A stretch of DNA of 32,000 nt from Crocosphaera subtropica ATCC 51142 (GTDB lineage Bacteria; Cyanobacteriota; Cyanobacteriia; Cyanobacteriales; Microcystaceae): NCBI RefSeq assembly GCF_000017845.1, contig NC_010546.1:1800001-1832000 (forward strand), written 5' to 3'. The notes under the pieces are model-generated. The model was not told where the DNA came from. It saw only the letters and a program-made list of their open reading frames with translations, and searched no databases. Position numbers and translations under genes: made by a program. Every line of letters begins with the position of its first letter. The first letter of the stretch is position 1. Below are positions 24,717 to 32,000 of this stretch, one piece after another.

Positions 24717-26258
24717 TCATCCTAACGATTGATATTTAGGTCGTCCTAAAGTGGTGATATAAATAACCGCTTCATCGGCAGGAATACCTAAAACTTCATT
24801 CACTTGATCGTCAAAAAAGCCTCCAATTCCACTCACCCCTAATTTTAAATGTATGGCAGCTAAATTTAATCTTTGGCCTAAATGTCCAGCGTCTAAATGT
24901 AGATAACGATAAACGCGATCGCCGTATTTTTGAACTGCTTTTTGGAGATCGGCGGTATGAAAAATAATCGCCCCGGCATCTCGTCCTAAGTCTTGTCCTA
25001 AACAAAGATAATGTAACTCACGGCGAAAATTTTTGAAGCGAATTTGTCTTAATTCCTGGGCTTTCGGGGCATAATAATAACATCCTGCTTCTAATCCTTC
25101 TACCCCAGAAACCGCCACAAAAGTTTCAATTAAACTCCGATCAAAGTAGTCGGGATTTTTATCAAATCCTTGAGTAACATAGTCTTGAGATTGATAAGTA
25201 AAATGTAGTAAAGCTTTTAATTCATCTAAGTTTAAGTCTTCCCCTGTGTACGCACGGGTAGAACGCCGTTTTAAGATGGTTTTTTCTAAAGACTCTAGAT
25301 TATTGCCCCAATCCACTGCAACGGTTTCTGTGGAAACTTTTAAACAAAAAGGAAAATTATATTTATCTTCTAAATCATAGGTTTCTGTTGCTATTTCTTT
25401 AATTTCGCTTTCCTCTAACTCTTGAATTTCTGTTGCGTGATGGAAATAATCTAATAAGTCCCCATCGGAAACTTCAGGGCAATCTCTTTTAATTGTTGAA
25501 GGTAACGCAGTGGGTTTAAAGGTCTTGACAGTTTCACTATTTTCTGCTAATAAATCCGTCAGAGGAATAACAGTAATGACCCCTTCTTCTTCGGGATTAA
25601 AATAAAACATTTCATTGAGAAGATGATCCACAAAACCACCAATTAAATGGGGGCGATAATCAGTCATGGCACAGGCTAATTCTATGTTACCCAATAAATG
25701 ACCCGTATCTAAACAAATACGACGATAAGCTCGATCTTCGTATCGCCAAGAAGATCGATAAAAAATAGCCGTTGTGACTATGGCTAAGTGAGTATTTTCT
25801 AATGCTTGATGGGAGAAACAAGCTTGTTGTAAATTTTCCCAAACATCACTATCCCAAAAATGTAATAAACTATGACTTTGGGGTTGATAATTATACAGTC
25901 CAGAGGGTAATAAAGGAGTTCCTCTGGAAACTAAATATACCTCTGCCGGATACAGTCCACCGGCCGATGGGGCTGCCCTTAAATACACAGGACTTCCCAT
26001 AGTCGGAATTTTAGCGGTTAATCCATAACTGCAACCAAACAAGCGAGAGAGTCGTCGCCATTGTAAAGCATGGGGAACATCGGGTAATTTGGCCGATAAA
26101 TAGGGAGTCAGATCGTAAGATTTGCCAATTTTATATGCTTTAAAAGGAATGGGTTGTTTTGACCAATCTAAACCTTTATTTTTAGTAGCAATGGTTTTGG
26201 GATCGTACTTTGTCCGTTGATGGTAATGGGTAGCGATGGAGTTTGACAAATCCGGCAT
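24717..26258 (-). CDS. SagB/ThcOx-type dehydrogenase with two nitroreductase-fold domains
   Basis: The N-terminus reads YHQRTKYDP. APSAGGLYP is the SagB-type signature. The second domain begins ILKRRSTRAYTGE. 513 aa. Confidence 0.7.
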   Translation of the reverse strand: MPDLSNSIATHYHQRTKYDPKTIATKNKGLDWSKQPIPFKAYKIGKSYDLTPYLSAKLPDVPHALQWRRLSRLFGCSYGLTAKIPTMGSPVYLRAAPSAGGLYPAEVYLVSRGTPLLPSGLYNYQPQSHSLLHFWDSDVWENLQQACFSHQALENTHLAIVTTAIFYRSSWRYEDRAYRRICLDTGHLLGNIELACAMTDYRPHLIGGFVDHLLNEMFYFNPEEEGVITVIPLTDLLAENSETVKTFKPTALPSTIKRDCPEVSDGDLLDYFHHATEIQELEESEIKEIATETYDLEDKYNFPFCLKVSTETVAVDWGNNLESLEKTILKRRSTRAYTGEDLNLDELKALLHFTYQSQDYVTQGFDKNPDYFDRSLIETFVAVSGVEGLEAGCYYYAPKAQELRQIRFKNFRRELHYLCLGQDLGRDAGAIIFHTADLQKAVQKYGDRVYRYLHLDAGHLGQRLNLAAIHLKLGVSGIGGFFDDQVNEVLGIPADEAVIYITTLGRPKYQSLG

Positions 26259-26389
26259 AAATGTTCGTTGAGTCTTGATGCGTCTGTTTTAATTTTAACC
26301 TTCTTCTATGGTAGGGTTATTCAAGCACTATGGTTTTTTTGGCCTTTTTGCCCTTAAATATTATTCATTGGGTAAATTTAGGAGAACAT

Positions 26390-26509
26390 ATGGAGTTATT
26401 AGCAGCCCTTAATTTAGAACCGATTTTCCAATTAACCTTTGTTGGTTTGATCGTTATTGCTGGCCCTATCGTCATCGCTGTGCTGGCGTTTCGGGGTGGT
26501 GATCTCTAA
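26390..26509 (+). CDS. psb30: Photosystem II reaction-centre protein Psb30 (Ycf12), 39 aa, not in the supplied ORF track
   Basis: Translates to [39 protein letters not shown]. This is a single TM helix with the Ycf12-type ending (AGP..I..L...R.G.L). AGGAGA lies 5 nt upstream of the ATG. A terminator hairpin follows. Confidence 0.8.
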   Translation: MELLAALNLEPIFQLTFVGLIVIAGPIVIAVLAFRGGDL

Positions 26510-26545
26510 GATCCCATCCAATGCAAATTTTTCTTGCTTTAATTT

Positions 26546-26578
26546 TACCTTCCTATCATTGGTTAGGAAGGTATTTTC
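26546..26578 (+). terminator. Intrinsic terminator after psb30
   Basis: TACCTTCCTA-tcattggt-TAGGAAGGTA is a perfect 10-bp stem followed by TTTTCAT. Confidence 0.6.
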
Positions 26579-26592
26579 ATGGGAATAAGCTC

Positions 26593-26765
26593 ATATGAAA
26601 TCTCTTTGAAGACTATACTTTATAGTAGGGGAGGCAATACTGCTCAGTTAAAGATTTTGACTTTTGTTTAAGGCAAGCAGAGGAGCAGGGAGCGGTGCGA
26701 CCCACTCCCTTGCAGTCTCAACTCAGGTTTTGCGCCTAAACGAGTAGTATATAGAGATTATGAGG
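26593..26765. repeat. Second, longer and degenerate copy of the ATATGAAATC-type MITE-like repeat. More related G/C-tract repeat debris extends to about 26970.
   Basis: The 5' ~38 nt are nearly identical to 9696-9733. The right end, AGAGATTATGA, is a decayed version of AGAGATTTCATATGA. The motif CCTTGCAGTCTCAACTCAG (26708-26726) recurs as CCTATGCAGTCCCAACTAG (26943-26961). Confidence 0.45.
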
Positions 26766-27009
26766 ATAGAGGGCCGTGGATAAGGGGTCAAAGTCGTCCG
26801 AGATATGGGACAATAGGCTTTACCATCAAGAATAAGCTATTGTGCAATTTAAACAGGGTATTGAAAGTTTTAGGACAAAGACTGAAACCCTTTCTCCCTA
26901 CTCCCTTTGCTCCACTTCCACTAAGCTCAGTGTAAACCGGCTCCTATGCAGTCCCAACTAGCACTCTAAATGATTAAACCCCATCCATCTTGAAACCTGG
27001 AGTTCCCCT

Positions 27010-28953
27010 GTGAAAGAACCGTCCCTCGAAACGATCAAGCAAGATTACCCTTATCAGTATTTTGGGGCCCATCCTAATGAGACTGAAACAACATTCCGAG
27101 TCTATGCTCCCCGTGCCACAGGGGTCAACTTAATGCGTGAAGGGACTGGATGGGATTGTTTTGCTGAGCCAATGACGAAAAATGAAGACGGGGTGTGGGA
27201 GATCACCATTCCTGAAAATCTGACTTGGAGCGAGTATAAATACTACATTGAAAATAGCGATGATTATCTTAATCAACCCTATGGAATGGCTCGCATTGAT
27301 CCGTTTAGTCCCCAGTTAGCTGTGACGTGGGGCAATGATGGCACCCGTAATTTTAATAGTATTGTCTGCGATCGCAATTATTTTCAGTGGACTCATAAAC
27401 ATATTGATCTGCCCCATGAACCCATGAGCATCTACGAGATGCACCTCTCTACCTTTCATGATGGAAATTACCGGGATATTGCCCATAAAATTGTTGATCA
27501 TATGAGCTATATGGGGTTTACCCACGTTCAGATCATGCCACCCTTTCAAACTCCCATTCATCAGTCTTGGGGGTACTTGGTGGGATGTCCTTACGCTATT
27601 TATGAGCGTCATGGAACGGTAGATGACTTTAAATATTTAGTTAACCACTGCCATGCTCACGGTATTGGGGTGATCGTCGATGTTCCTTTAGGGTTTGGGG
27701 TACAAGACTGGGACTGTGGCCTAGCTAACTACGATGGAACCGATCTCTATCATCATTCTGGCTCAAGAGGTTGGAATAATCAATGGAATAGTCGGATCTA
27801 TAATGTGGGGGATACTTATGTTAAAAATTATCTGATCGGACTGTGTACCTATCTCTATCATGAACTGGGGATAGATGGGGCTCGCATTGATGCGGTAGCT
27901 TCTCAAATCTTTTTTGATTATGATCGAGGGTTTTGGGACTGGCCAAGAAATGATCGCGAACAAGTTGAGTTAGAAAACTGGGAACTTTTTAATAATTTAG
28001 GGGGCGATCGCTATTTTGAAGAGCGAGGCTACTGGCTTTCTGAAGCGGTGGATTTTGCTGGCCTTCGTTTTCTACGGGACTTACACGCCCGTTTACAACA
28101 TACTGCACCCAAATTTATCACCATCGCCGAAGAATCACGACGGGTATTCCCAAAACTAGCTTGTCCCGTGGATGAGGGAGGACTAGGTTTTACTTATGCC
28201 CAAAATATGGGAGAAATGCACCGTATCCGCAGTTATTTACAAATTCCTATCGAACACCGTTTAATTGAACATATTGAGATCCTCATCCACAATAACAGTG
28301 CCGAAAAGATGGTCAACGCCATGAATACCCATGATGAGTGTGCTAATGGGAAGGTTCGACTCATCACAGAATTGGGCAATCATATTCCTCTCATTGGGTT
28401 GGCGGCTCTTTGCTGGTTTCGTCCGGGCGCACCGATGATTTTTCAGGGGGATGAGTTTGGAGAAGAGGGCTATTTTGATGTTTTTCACGGAGTCGACTGG
28501 TCAAAAACAGGCCCCTATGCAGCCCTTCATCAGCAACAGATTTCCAACAATTTTCATGATCTCAATCAACTTCTTCGTCATGAGCCGGCTTTAGCTCGTC
28601 ATGGGATCAATTCTATGATTCGCAATGGTTCTAACAATGAACGTAAATGGTTTAGTTTTATACGATGGGGTGGGGATGTTGGTTTTGAATCTAGTGACCC
28701 CAAAGATCACAAGGATGATATTATTTTCGTGCGTAACGAAACGCCCTATCCGGTTGAATGCCATGCGGAGATATATGTACCAGTTGCAGCCGAATACAGG
28801 GTTATTTATAATTCAATCGATCAACGCTATATTGGCTCTCAACACTACAACCAACATGATCCCTACTGGACTATCCACAGCGCAGGACAATTCCTCTACT
28901 TTGACCTTCATCCCTATCAAAATATTGCCTTGAAATTAAAAAATCATCCTTAG
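27010..28953 (+). CDS. GH13 alpha-glucan branching-enzyme-like protein, a divergent GlgB paralogue
   Basis: The N-terminal module is YFGAHP..TFRVYAPRA (CBM48-like). GH13 regions II (GARIDAVAS), III (ITIAEES) and IV (NAMNTHDE) are intact. Region I is atypical (VIVDVPLGFG). GTG start with GGAG 7 nt upstream. 647 aa. Confidence 0.85.
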   Translation: MKEPSLETIKQDYPYQYFGAHPNETETTFRVYAPRATGVNLMREGTGWDCFAEPMTKNEDGVWEITIPENLTWSEYKYYIENSDDYLNQPYGMARIDPFSPQLAVTWGNDGTRNFNSIVCDRNYFQWTHKHIDLPHEPMSIYEMHLSTFHDGNYRDIAHKIVDHMSYMGFTHVQIMPPFQTPIHQSWGYLVGCPYAIYERHGTVDDFKYLVNHCHAHGIGVIVDVPLGFGVQDWDCGLANYDGTDLYHHSGSRGWNNQWNSRIYNVGDTYVKNYLIGLCTYLYHELGIDGARIDAVASQIFFDYDRGFWDWPRNDREQVELENWELFNNLGGDRYFEERGYWLSEAVDFAGLRFLRDLHARLQHTAPKFITIAEESRRVFPKLACPVDEGGLGFTYAQNMGEMHRIRSYLQIPIEHRLIEHIEILIHNNSAEKMVNAMNTHDECANGKVRLITELGNHIPLIGLAALCWFRPGAPMIFQGDEFGEEGYFDVFHGVDWSKTGPYAALHQQQISNNFHDLNQLLRHEPALARHGINSMIRNGSNNERKWFSFIRWGGDVGFESSDPKDHKDDIIFVRNETPYPVECHAEIYVPVAAEYRVIYNSIDQRYIGSQHYNQHDPYWTIHSAGQFLYFDLHPYQNIALKLKNHP

Positions 28954-29147
28954 TTCCCTAGATTCAATCAAGGCAGTTGACATCGATAATACCAGTTCTC
29001 AGAAATAGCTAGAGAGATTGCTTCGGGGTATTTTCAGTAAAAGTCAAATGAGATTTGGTATAAAGAATCATTGAGAAATGTCATGTTAAGGTAACCAAGA
29101 GATTATTCTAGAATGGCAAGATGGATTAGTAAAACTAGGTTAAAGGT

Positions 29148-29822
29148 TTGGACGACAGAACGAAATTAAAAGAAGAACTGCTGACCCAAATTGAGCAGCT
29201 TAAAACCCCTACGGATATTAAGCTGGGGTCGCCGATTACTGATATTCAATTAGAAGATAAAATCTGTCAAGACATTGATGGATTAACCCAAAAACTAGAA
29301 GCTAAAAATCCCCATTTGTTTCCCCTATGTTATGCTATTCATCTTCTAGATGGTGTTTGGCATTTACAATATTCAACCTCTAGGGAAATTCGCTCATTAA
29401 CAAAGTTAAAGTATGGGTTAAAAGTAGGAGCAGTTTATCAAGTTATTGATCTCAAAACTCAATCTTTCTTTAATCAAGCCTTTGTGAAACATCGTTTGGG
29501 ATTAATCTCAGGATACGTTTTAGTGACGGCGACTTTTGAAGTTGCTAAAGATAATTACGCCCCACTTCCTGACAAACGATTGAATATCGACTTTAAAAAG
29601 CGTTATTTAGCCATTGAAACAATTGGCGGATTAAGCACCCCTCAGTTAAATCCTTTCAAAATTGTGCCAGCCCGTAATCCTAGGGGAAGAGTTCCAATTT
29701 TTGATATTACTTATTTAGATGAAACGTTACGAATTGGTCGGGGAGGAGATGGCGGACTATATATCCTCTCTAAGTCAGAAACCCCATTCTACCCTTTACC
29801 GGTCAAGACGATAACTTATTAA
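29148..29822 (+). CDS. PAP/fibrillin-family (plastid-lipid-associated-like) protein
   Basis: It has the characteristic C-terminal ITYLDETLRIGRGGDGGLYILSK and the internal WHLQYSTS motif. The start is a TTG at 29148 with no upstream in-frame ATG, so the start is uncertain. Confidence 0.75.
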   Translation: MDDRTKLKEELLTQIEQLKTPTDIKLGSPITDIQLEDKICQDIDGLTQKLEAKNPHLFPLCYAIHLLDGVWHLQYSTSREIRSLTKLKYGLKVGAVYQVIDLKTQSFFNQAFVKHRLGLISGYVLVTATFEVAKDNYAPLPDKRLNIDFKKRYLAIETIGGLSTPQLNPFKIVPARNPRGRVPIFDITYLDETLRIGRGGDGGLYILSKSETPFYPLPVKTITY

Positions 29823-30582
29823 ATTTAAGGGGTTCAACGGCTGCCATTTTTGCTGATTGAGTTTGAGATGAAGTGGTGGGGGAAGCGGAGGACTCTTGGA
29901 TAACTTCTGAGTTGAAGCGATAACCTACATTCCGAACTGTTTGAATTAAACTCGGTTGTCGGGGATCGGTTTCAATTTTCTTCCGTAAGGACAAAACATG
30001 GGTGTCAATGGTACGAGGATTATCGATCGCCTCTGGCCAAGCTCTTTGCAGCAATTCTGAACGACTGAGGGGGTTTCCTTCTGCTTGAGCTAGGACATAC
30101 AATAAGCTAAATTCTTGAGGGGTTAAATCCACAAAATGCCCTTGAAACTGAACTCGGCGTTGTACCAAATCAATTTTTAAGTCCCCATAATCAAGGAACA
30201 AAGGAGCAGAAGCAACACGCACCCGCCTGATGAGGGCTTCAACCCTGGCCATAAATTCTTGCATTCCGAAGGGTTTAGTCAAATAATCGTCAGCCCCTGC
30301 ATTTAATCCTCTGACAATATCCTTTTCTGTGTTACGGGCTGATAAAATGAGAATCATGGATTGCCGTTGTTGGTGAAGCCACCGGCACAATTCTAGAGGA
30401 TCTCCGTCAGATAGATCAGCGTCAAGGATCACTAAGGTGGGTTGGCGACGGGTAAAGACAGTACGAGCTTGTTGCAGATTCGCACATTGTTGCGCTGTGT
30501 ATCCTGCCTGTTGCAGATGCCAACCTAATAATGAGCGTAGATGAGGATTTCCCTCAACAATAGCGGTATAAATGAGACTCAC
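29803..30582 (-). CDS. OmpR-family response regulator with an atypical receiver (acidic pair replaced) and a Ser/Thr-rich C-terminal tail
   Basis: The receiver has LVILDADLSDGD (phospho-Asp position), ILILSAR and YLTKPF. The N-terminal DD pair reads EGN. The winged-helix end reads LIQTVRNVGYRF. GTG start. The 3' end overlaps the fibrillin gene by 20 bp. Confidence 0.85.
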   Translation of the reverse strand: MSLIYTAIVEGNPHLRSLLGWHLQQAGYTAQQCANLQQARTVFTRRQPTLVILDADLSDGDPLELCRWLHQQRQSMILILSARNTEKDIVRGLNAGADDYLTKPFGMQEFMARVEALIRRVRVASAPLFLDYGDLKIDLVQRRVQFQGHFVDLTPQEFSLLYVLAQAEGNPLSRSELLQRAWPEAIDNPRTIDTHVLSLRKKIETDPRQPSLIQTVRNVGYRFNSEVIQESSASPTTSSQTQSAKMAAVEPLKFNKLSS

Positions 30583-30643
30583 CTTAGTTTTCGTCCTTCT
30601 AGTTTGACAGTCCTTAGCGTAGCAAACGTATTGTCAAGAATTT

Positions 30644-30657
30644 GTAACATCGGCTAC
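30644..30657 (-). promoter_or_regulatory. NtcA-type box (GTA-N8-TAC) with a correctly spaced -10-like hexamer, upstream of the response-regulator gene
   Basis: The box is GTAACATCGGCTAC. On the minus strand, 22 nt further on, lies TACGCT (TAN3T). This would place a transcription start about 25-30 nt upstream of the GTG start. The motif is short and chance occurrence is likely. Confidence 0.2.
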
Positions 30658-30903
30658 GGTGCTATGGCTTATTTCCTAAGAAAATCTTAAAATTTACAGC
30701 ATTCATCTCTTGTATTATCAATTGAGTTGTACGGTTTTCAAATTCATAAGACAGAGATAGAATATAAAATGCCGAACTGGTAGGATTTTCTTAAATTTTT
30801 GCTTTATCTAATATTGTAGCTTGTTTTTCTGTTAATGATTCATTAAGATCAAGTCATTTATTTTTCTATCAATTTCCCTTTCAGTCATTCCCATTCATCG
30901 ATT

Positions 30904-31155
30904 ATGCTGCAACATCCCTTGGCAATCCGTTATTACCAAAATCTTACAGACGGCATGGTGGAGCTATGGAACCGAGGCCGTCGCTTTGATGAAATTCAGT
31001 GTTATATGGATGGCTATCTTGCTTGTCTGCGACAGGTAAACGTTTTAGAACCCTATTTAATTCATCGTTTGGAAGAGGATGCTTGGCGTTTTTTCCGCGA
31101 TCCATCTAACTTTGAGTTCACTGCTTTAGAACCTGAAACCGATTATTATCGATAA
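30904..31155 (+). CDS. Small conserved-looking hypothetical protein (83 aa), no motif recognised
   Basis: It is an ATG-initiated ORF followed by a strong intrinsic terminator. The composition looks like a soluble helical protein (MDGYLACLRQVNVLEPYLIHRLEEDAWRFFRDP). Confidence 0.55.
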   Translation: MLQHPLAIRYYQNLTDGMVELWNRGRRFDEIQCYMDGYLACLRQVNVLEPYLIHRLEEDAWRFFRDPSNFEFTALEPETDYYR

Positions 31156-31246
31156 TAATCATCTTTGTCTTGCGGGTCAAGATGTTAAGAGAACAAGCAA
31201 TGAACCCTGTAAACTTTAACCTCAAAAACTTATGAAACAGAACGTT

Positions 31247-31273
31247 AGCCCGCTAATGCGGGCTTATTTTTTT
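31247..31273 (+). terminator. Intrinsic terminator of the 83-aa ORF, also positioned at the 3' end of grxD on the opposite strand
   Basis: AGCCCGC-taat-GCGGGCT is followed by T-A-T8. Confidence 0.75.
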
Positions 31274-31614
31274 TACGAAGCCAGAGCCACTTCTACCATT
31301 TGTTGTAGCTCTCCATTTTGGTACATTTCAATCATAATATCGGAGCCACCAACAAATTCCCCATTGATATAGACTTGGGGAATGGTAGGCCAGTTAGAAT
31401 ATTCTTTAATGCCTTGACGGATTTCAGGATCGGCTAAAACGTCAATGGTTTCAAAAGGAACGCCAAGGGTATTAAAAATTTGTACCACATTGTTAGAAAA
31501 GCCACATTGAGGCATTAACTTAGCACCTTTCATAAAGACCAATATTTTGTTATTTTTAACGAGTTGGTCGATTTTTTCTTTGGTTTCTGGTGTCATACTT
31601 ACTCCTTGAGACAT
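31273..31614 (-). CDS. grxD: Grx4-family monothiol glutaredoxin
   Basis: It has the CGFS active site ([11 protein letters not shown]), [19 protein letters not shown], and is 113 aa. Confidence 0.9.
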   Translation of the reverse strand: MSQGVSMTPETKEKIDQLVKNNKILVFMKGAKLMPQCGFSNNVVQIFNTLGVPFETIDVLADPEIRQGIKEYSNWPTIPQVYINGEFVGGSDIMIEMYQNGELQQMVEVALAS

Positions 31615-31662
31615 TGATTCAGTGTTAATCCGCTCGAACTAAGATAAATTAGCTGGCTTGAT

Positions 31663-31687
31663 CCCTGCGGTACAGGGCTGTTTTTTT
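31663..31687 (+). terminator. Plus-strand-oriented hairpin plus T-run inside the bolA-grxD (minus-strand) spacer
   Basis: CCCTG-cggta-CAGGG, then CTG, then T7. The orientation is opposite to both flanking genes. Confidence 0.35.
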
Positions 31688-31754
31688 GAGAAGAGTCAAA
31701 AAAATCGGCCGCACCTCCATAACTAAGGTTATTTCATCTCAGTATATACAGCAC

Positions 31755-32000
31755 TTATTTTTGGGCTGCTTCCCAACCTTGGGGGGTGTAAGTTTTCAAG
31801 GCCAGGGCATGAATAGCCTCAGATGCCATGGCATCTTGAAGTGCGCCATATACGATTTGGTGTTGTTTAATCATGGTTTTGCCTTCAAACGCAGCAGAGA
31901 CAACGATCGCTTCAAGATGATCCCCACCACCGGTCAGATCCCTAACCACCACTTGAGCATCGGGGAGTTGGGCTTTAATCATATCTTCAACTTGTGCAAG
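31755..32000 (-). CDS. bolA: BolA-family protein. The N-terminus is probably beyond the right window edge.
   Basis: The sequence reads ...[48 protein letters not shown]...[11 protein letters not shown]. The frame stays open upstream of the first Met to base 32000. It is adjacent to grxD, its known partner. Confidence 0.85.
   Translation of the reverse strand, partial: LAQVEDMIKAQLPDAQVVVRDLTGGGDHLEAIVVSAAFEGKTMIKQHQIVYGALQDAMASEAIHALALKTYTPQGWEAAQK

Noticed and set aside
24717-26509. A thiazole/oxazole-modified peptide (TOMM) biosynthetic cluster around the SagB-type gene
   Set aside because: No YcaO or cyclodehydratase, protease, ABC exporter or precursor-like small ORF is present. The only adjacent small gene is psb30.
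23223-28933. Remaining short overlapping ORFs inside the Wza-like, SagB-type and GH13 genes (23223, 23239, 23871, 24169, 24433, 24811, 25802, 27316, 27763, 28261 and 28625)
   Set aside because: Each overlaps a long, motif-supported CDS in another frame or strand.

Overview
Chromosomal segment from a cyanobacterium. It is moderately AT-rich, I counted at least 14 copies of the HIP1 octamer GCGATCGC by eye, and it carries the photosystem genes isiA and psb30. Gene content resembles unicellular Cyanothece/Crocosphaera/Rippkaea-type genomes, but the genus cannot be determined here. No rRNA, tRNA or CRISPR array was found.

Content from left to right:
- A partial IS200/IS605 element: tnpB with one in-frame TGA, and a divergent tnpA.
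- isiA, followed by an IsiC-like alpha/beta hydrolase and a small Cys4 membrane protein.
- recQ, gpmI, secG and a TM2-domain protein.
- A vanadium-haloperoxidase-like gene divergent from a short rubredoxin.
- A YihY-family membrane protein.
- A roughly 1030-aa protein anchored in the membrane at both ends and built from about 95-aa repeats. I cannot assign it to a family.
- A helical N-domain/hemerythrin fusion and a LEA-like lipoprotein.
- An ORF-less, terminator-bracketed structured region at about 19.0-19.3 kb.
- A DAGK-type lipid kinase.
- An rlmB / mrnC / STAS / rimM block.
- A Wza-like exporter.
- A two-domain SagB-type nitroreductase.
- psb30 (39 aa, absent from the ORF track).
- A divergent GH13 branching-enzyme paralogue.
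- A fibrillin-family protein.
- An atypical OmpR-type response regulator.
- A small conserved ORF.
- grxD and bolA.

Most of the window is ordinary housekeeping. The best candidates for something undescribed are:
- the giant repeat protein and its neighbours (13.8-18.9 kb);
- the orphan structured RNA/leader candidate (18.95-19.29 kb);
- the haloperoxidase/rubredoxin pair.

All homology calls come from motif recognition by eye. No database search was run.
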